From Piedraia hortae CBS 480.64 (taxonomy: Eukaryota): a stretch of 64,000 bases of DNA. A model generated the notes under the pieces. That model was not told the origin of the DNA and did no database searches. It worked only from the letters and a program-made list of their open reading frames with translations. Below, piece after piece: positions 58,610 through 64,000 of this stretch. Position numbers and translations under genes: made by a program. The stretch spans positions 124,001 through 188,000 of the forward strand of contig MU005958.1 in assembly GCA_010093745.1 (NCBI GenBank), given 5' to 3'. Each line of letters opens with the position of its first letter. The stretch's first letter is position 1.

Positions 58610-60649
58610 TTAAGAGGAAGGGTGGTTGAGGAAGGGTGGCATGCCTGGAGGGCCGTGAGGTAGTCGTGGCCTTCCCTTGGCAAGGGCGCCGAAGAGATCC
58701 GCGGCTCCCTGTGCAATGTCTGGGGGTCCACCCATGGGGGGTCCATGAGGGAAGTGGTTGGGCGGGCCATGGAAAGGGCTGCCGAGGGTCTGTGGCGATC
58801 CAGGAGGGAAAAGAGGGTTGTTGGGCGCAGCACCGCCAGGGCGATTTTCGGTGGCGCGGTAGACGGGGAAAAACTGGGACCAGGTAGGCAGCTTATCACC
58901 CTTGGGCTGAGTATATGTGGAAGAATAGACGGCGACCTTGAAGCCATCCAGACTCTCAGGTGCGACAGCCTTGCCGTCAGGTCCGCGAATGCGCCACAGG
59001 AACTGCTTCTCCAGGAACGGACCCACTGAGCCCTGGGAAAGATCACCCAGCTTGCCACTGTTAAGGACATTGGTCAGCTTGCGCGTCAAGGGAATGGATC
59101 CCGCGGCCACGACATCGGCGCCTTGCATGGAAGGCGAGGCAAGAACACCCATGATACCAATGAGGTGGTCGTCTTCCAACCAGCAGTCAGGGTCATCGAT
59201 CTTGGGACTTCCATCGAACACGTGGATGGTGTAGGAGCCATTGAGCGCGTACCGAGGCGCGTGGACGTTGGCCACGTACTGGAACAGACTGCCGTTCTGT
59301 GCTTGTGTGGGCGGGACACTGCTGAAGAGATTGCTTGAAATGTCACGAGGTTTGATGGAGCCAGCTACGGCCGATGCGCCAGGGCCATAGAGCTGGTTGA
59401 TGTACCGGGCCACCGTGGACGAGCTGCCGTCGCCAGAGACGAATTCAGGGTAGGTGTACTTGAACACGGTCCAATCCTCGACATCGTTAGTCGTCCAGAA
59501 ATTGCCGCGAGTGTCCTTGTAGAAGGGCGTCAACTTGGAGTTGGAGTTCTGGTTGGTACCCTGCGCAATGGTCCATGTGTTGTGCGGCGCCGTCTGCGAG
59601 CCTCCGTAAGAGTCGTGCTGGCTCTGCCAGAGAGCAAAGATACGGTCGACGTTGCAGTGATGCAGCCAGAAGACGGGATCGAACGCAGCCATAGAGAGGT
59701 ACGTCATGTGGCCTCCAGAGACCGAGGAGCTGCCAGCGCCGCCAACCAGGGTGTGGATGGTGTTGTGGATTCCCTCGAGACTGTTGGAGCAACTAGTTGA
59801 GCTGCTATCAGCCATATCGTTGCTGAAGTGTGCATAGTCATCGCAGGAAGTGAAAAGCTGGTAGACCTGGTCCTGCAAGCTAGAACGCACGTTGGAGAAC
59901 GCTGACACGGCCTTGTTCGGCTGGCTGGATGCCGACCGGCTATTGGAGTTGGGGTAGCGGAGAGTTGACGGCCAGCTGGTAAAGGGAGTGTAAACCAGTT
60001 TGCTGATGTCGGCAATATCAGCGCGGTAGAGCGGGTTGGTGATTGTGATCTGACCCGTAGGTGAGTTGACAGAGATGGTGCTCTGGGTAAAGATCTCGGG
60101 AAAGACTGGTTTTTTATTTGGAGGAATGGCAGCCCAGTCCCAGTAGGGCCAGCGGATGGTGTTGGCGGCCTGTTGCATCCTCGTCTTCATAGAACCAGTG
60201 TACTGGGAAGCAATCTGCTTGGCCAAGGCAACAAACTGCTGCTCAAAATGAGCGATGTAGACTCGGTGCCACGACGGGAAAAGAATGGAGTCATGGGTAC
60301 AGTAGCCGTCGGTGTTGCTGCAGGTGCTGCACTTGCCAACGTTGTTGTAATTTTGCTGCGGAACACCGTGGATGCCGGCAATCTGGTAATAAGACGTGGG
60401 ATCGGTACTCTTTTGCTTGTAGTAAGCCTGCAAAGCCAGAAGCATCAGGTTCCACTGGTCAGGCTGGTCATAGAGCATCTGCCTAATCTCCAACCGTGGC
60501 TGGACACTGCCCGAGGCTCCCGTGGTTACCACAATCTGAGATTGACGTCTTTCAATCCCTTCGCCGGCATCAAGATCGGCTGGCACAGTGTGGGCCAAGA
60601 CGTGTTGGCCAAAAAGGGCCAAGCCCGTAGCGAGAGACAAAAATTTCAT
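58610..60649 (-). CDS. Secreted tyrosinase / type-3 copper oxidase with C-terminal domain
   Basis: Signal peptide, CuA GIHGVP..YCTH...FPSWHR, CuB EGIHNTIH..GHM..AAFDPVFWLHHCNVDR and a YTYPEF motif. Confidence 0.95.
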   Translation of the reverse strand: MKFLSLATGLALFGQHVLAHTVPADLDAGEGIERRQSQIVVTTGASGSVQPRLEIRQMLYDQPDQWNLMLLALQAYYKQKSTDPTSYYQIAGIHGVPQQNYNNVGKCSTCSNTDGYCTHDSILFPSWHRVYIAHFEQQFVALAKQIASQYTGSMKTRMQQAANTIRWPYWDWAAIPPNKKPVFPEIFTQSTISVNSPTGQITITNPLYRADIADISKLVYTPFTSWPSTLRYPNSNSRSASSQPNKAVSAFSNVRSSLQDQVYQLFTSCDDYAHFSNDMADSSSTSCSNSLEGIHNTIHTLVGGAGSSSVSGGHMTYLSMAAFDPVFWLHHCNVDRIFALWQSQHDSYGGSQTAPHNTWTIAQGTNQNSNSKLTPFYKDTRGNFWTTNDVEDWTVFKYTYPEFVSGDGSSSTVARYINQLYGPGASAVAGSIKPRDISSNLFSSVPPTQAQNGSLFQYVANVHAPRYALNGSYTIHVFDGSPKIDDPDCWLEDDHLIGIMGVLASPSMQGADVVAAGSIPLTRKLTNVLNSGKLGDLSQGSVGPFLEKQFLWRIRGPDGKAVAPESLDGFKVAVYSSTYTQPKGDKLPTWSQFFPVYRATENRPGGAAPNNPLFPPGSPQTLGSPFHGPPNHFPHGPPMGGPPDIAQGAADLFGALAKGRPRLPHGPPGMPPFLNHPSS

Positions 60650-61893
60650 ATTGAGCGAATGTGGTGCTGACGAGCAGTGAACGAAAGTGGTTGAGAAGGA
60701 AAGAGAAATTGAAGGGTGGAACAGAGTACTTAAGTACGGCCTGCCCTAGACGTTGTCACTCTCCGGCCCAACCGCCGGTGCGAGGCAGCCCGTGGTCCCA
60801 TCCCCGCGGCCAGGGCCACGCTACTGCAGACGTGAATTGCAACGCGAGAGAATAGGGTCTGCAGTGGCCATATGCGGCAAAGGAGAATAGGTTTAGGCAG
60901 TCAAAGGTTGCCCACAACCGGCTTGACTCGGGTACTCACATCTTGGTCGTTGTTGGCTCGTGCACTAGTTCGGCGGCATCACCGTCCGATGCCCTGGCAG
61001 CCCTCGTGTTCCTGTCGGCAGCACCTGTCAAATAATTTCTTCCCGTATTTGGGACAAGATGTCCATAGTTTCTCTAGTAAATGTTTTGAGATGGAGCAGC
61101 CATCATACTCGGTCTGAACGTGTGTCTCTATCCCTGAAGTCTGTCAGAGTCGAAGCGCCAGTGCGTGCCGCACAAAACGTGCAGTGCATACGGCGGCAAC
61201 GGTCAAAATCAAGAATAGAACAGGAATTATGTCGATCCCTAAAATCGACCAGTCCGTTTTAGGGGCCAAGAGGTGTGTTTCCTCTCCACCAAGACAAACA
61301 TTGTTGTTGTCGGTGCCGCAACGTCTTGGTGTATTCCCCTTTTTTGTTACCGATGTAACTATGAATACCGCAGGTGACACAGCATAGCGCAAGTGTGGGT
61401 GCCAGTCAGTGATCGTTGACCCACGTGTGGTAAACTCTGCTGATGGCCAAACGCCGGACTGCGTCTTTAATTGCCACGTAGGCGCTAACCCATGTCATGG
61501 CTAATGTTAGAGCAAGCAATTTTGTCTTATTGACAATCACTTCGGTCACCATGTCCTGGGTGTCAATGCAAAGTCTGGGGGGCGCGCGGAGGATCATCCG
61601 GGTTCGCCAACCTTAGCCAGGGCATTTGATTTCAGGGGCCCCGGTCAATTTCCCCGCGTTTGCCCATTGATTGGCGAGAGATCCCAGGCACATCCGAATT
61701 ATGATTGGCTCGAGAGTCTAATTCTCCGAGTGGCACTTTTTAACCCCAGCGCGCCATCATGATCACGCAACCACAGCTGCATATTGGCCCATGGGTTGTT
61801 TGTACAAATCTCCTGAGAAGTCATAAAGGCAGGAAAACGATGCTCTGACCATTGTCCCGACCGTAGAAAATCACTCACCCACAGCAGCAGGTA

Positions 61894-63098
61894 CTACTCT
61901 TGTACTTCGCCCTCCTCGGCGCCATCCGAAATGTTAGACGCGCCTGCTCCGGCTTGCCCTTCCGGGTAGCCTGTGGTGACGCTGGCTGTGAGGAAGGCCT
62001 GTTGGTTACCCGTCTGCACTCGCATGCGTTCTTCAAAGTGCACTTGGTCCTCGTCTCGCGTGTTGCCAGGGGTTGCAACCGCGATAGAGTAGCTGCTTGT
62101 CGTGCCCCTCCCCGCATTCGACATGTCTGATCGTGCAAGAGGCGTTGGGCCATATTGAGGGGTGTTCTGTTGGTGTCAGTACCAGTCATCTGTGTCACCA
62201 ATGGAATCACGTCAAGACCTACTTCGACGAGCATTACGCCCCCGTCAGAATCGTCCTCACTTTGCTGCAACGCCGCCATATTCCTCAGTTTCTGCTGCTC
62301 AGTCTTGTACAATTCATCCATCAATGCGATAACCATTGCCAATTTGGACTCCGAAACCCCCCAAAGCTCATGCCAATCTTCCGGCAAGTCAACATTGCAT
62401 TTATGGCAAGCAAAACTCACCGCCGCCAAGGCGATGGCAAGGCTATCAGCTAAGAGGCATATTGGGGTCTTGTTCGAATCTGAGATGAACGCCCAAGCAA
62501 AATCGCGAACCTGCTTGTTTTTATCCAGTTGGTAGAACTTTAGTAGATCGCACAATGACTTATGCGGCGATTCAACTGAGAACTCAAAGCAGAGAGCGAT
62601 CAGCATCTCGATCTCGTTATCCAGGATACATTGCTGCCAGAACCGATACTCTTCGTCTTTCTCATTAAGCACCAGCTCTGCATTCTTTTGAGCAACGCAA
62701 CAGAACGTAAGAATCATATCCCTTGTCCTTCGCGAACTCTCCTCCACCTTTGACGCCAGAAAGAGCGCAGTGGCAGCAATCTGAAACTGATCCAGCAGCG
62801 GCATCGAGCCCCGTTTCCGTTTCACACTTGCCCGCATGAGGAAGCGATGGAAAAAAATAGCCGCAGTGTCAAGCGTTAATTGTGGAATCTTTAGCATGAT
62901 GCCCGCTTGTACCATAAAATCAATACCCTTTGACCGCGCTTCTAACTCTTCCGCTCGGGTCATTCCATCCTGAATAGAAGGGGAATTTGCCAACTCCTCC
63001 TCGGTAAAAACCCATTGCGATTCTACCTTTGAGGTAAGCGGAGTTGCTGATGCTCGTTGTGCTGGAGATGTTGGCAGTTTACTGGGGTGCGGCACCAT
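61894..63098 (-). CDS. Transcriptional cyclin (cyclin K/T, Pch1-like)
   Basis: QWVFTEEELANSPSIQDG, AAIFFHRFLMR, IAATALFLASKVEE and AWAFISDS motifs. Intron 62167-62222 leads to the C-terminus ...SDGAEEGEVQE*. Confidence 0.88.
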
Positions 63099-63769
63099 GT
63101 TGGCTGACAAAAGGAATGTTGACGAAATTTATGGATGTCAGAAGCTGTTCCGCGAACAAGGGATTTGCGGCGGCTTTGCAAGGGGCTCCGTGGTGATGAC
63201 TGTAGTGAATGCCATGGCCTCATGTACAGCCTGGCCGTAGCTTCTATCGCAATTCTTCAACATTCAATCAGGTTTGGTTTAGCGTGAAACAGTTAGCGGC
63301 CAATAGCGTGCATGTGGATGCCTTGAGGCGGATTTACCAATGGAGGAGAGAACACGTTCAAACAGGTGGGCCGACCAATGACATGAACATACAAAACCAC
63401 GTGTCTAGTACTTAAGTCTAGTTCCTGCCAGTTGTCGTTGCAAACTCGTCGCAAACACGTGATTCTCTTCATCAAGATAGCGCAAACCACGGGTTATCTA
63501 GCGGAACATTTTCCTGCTGGTTGTTTCAACATTCAGAATGTTGAGAACAAAAAACACGGTAGCACAAAGTAAGTCTACAAAACGAATATATGACCGTACG
63601 GAGGCACTAATACTAAAACGCAGCTGTTTGCGTTCATAGAGCACCTCCAGCGTCCACACGTGCAACGACTTAACCCAAAACGCTTTCCCCGATAGTTTTG
63701 TAGAAAGTCTGAGAAGACAGTGTGGAAACGAGCAGTTCAGCCGCGAGAACGCTGATGCAGCTGGCAAGT

Positions 63770-63838
63770 ACGAGTGACAAATCGCGATGCAAATCGCGAT
63801 GCAAATCGACGCGCATCATAACGCGATTTGTCACTCGT
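63770..63838. mobile_element. Tiny MITE-like element with perfect 17-bp inverted ends
   Basis: ACGAGTGACAAATCGCG (63770-63786) and CGCGATTTGTCACTCGT (63822-63838), with internal CAAATCGCGATG tandem copies. Confidence 0.55.
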
Positions 63839-64000
63839 GAAGCTCATGCAGTCAGTACTCTCCGACTGATTGCTTTGATGAGGTCCTCGTGACGGTCATG
63901 ACAGGACATGGGATCAGCTGTCGGCAGGAAGAACGAGATGACGTTGAAGCCGGAGTGCGAGGCATCCCCAGAAGTTGAAGGACCATCAAAGGACATTCAT

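Noticed and set aside
11303..60649. Copper gene cluster (ATX1, His1 protein, tyrosinase)
   Set aside because: The genes are tens of kb apart and separated by unrelated loci.
490..63000. Numerous antisense or alternate-frame ORFs overlapping real genes
   Set aside because: Shadow ORFs of GC-rich coding sequence with no recognisable motifs.

Overview
Eukaryotic (filamentous ascomycete, Dothideomycete-like by inference) genomic window. Very compact housekeeping blocks occupy about 1-20 kb, 34-41.5 kb and 58.6-63.1 kb. Their genes are a HeLo-domain gene, SPF45/G-patch, MMSDH, YCII, PDR ABC transporter, NCBP3, ATX1, SCP-x thiolase, UPS2, FMT1, palA/RIM20, SOG2, lipoate ligase, a DENN protein, tyrosinase and a cyclin. 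Two repeat/pseudogene-rich islands interrupt these blocks. Island 1 (about 20.2-33.5 kb) holds transposase and helicase-like relics and three distinct periodic DNA arrays: a 19-bp array, a 12-unit array of ~170-bp inverted-repeat units, and a graded 12-to-10-bp minisatellite with a 37-bp hairpin. It also holds a dispersed 5S rRNA gene and a secreted-protein pseudogene. Island 2 (about 42-58 kb) holds copia, pogo/Fot1 and Tad1-like LINE remnants, including target-site-duplication evidence for a LINE-mediated inversion and a LINE insertion hidden in an assembly gap. Family assignments come from motif recognition by eye, not database searches.
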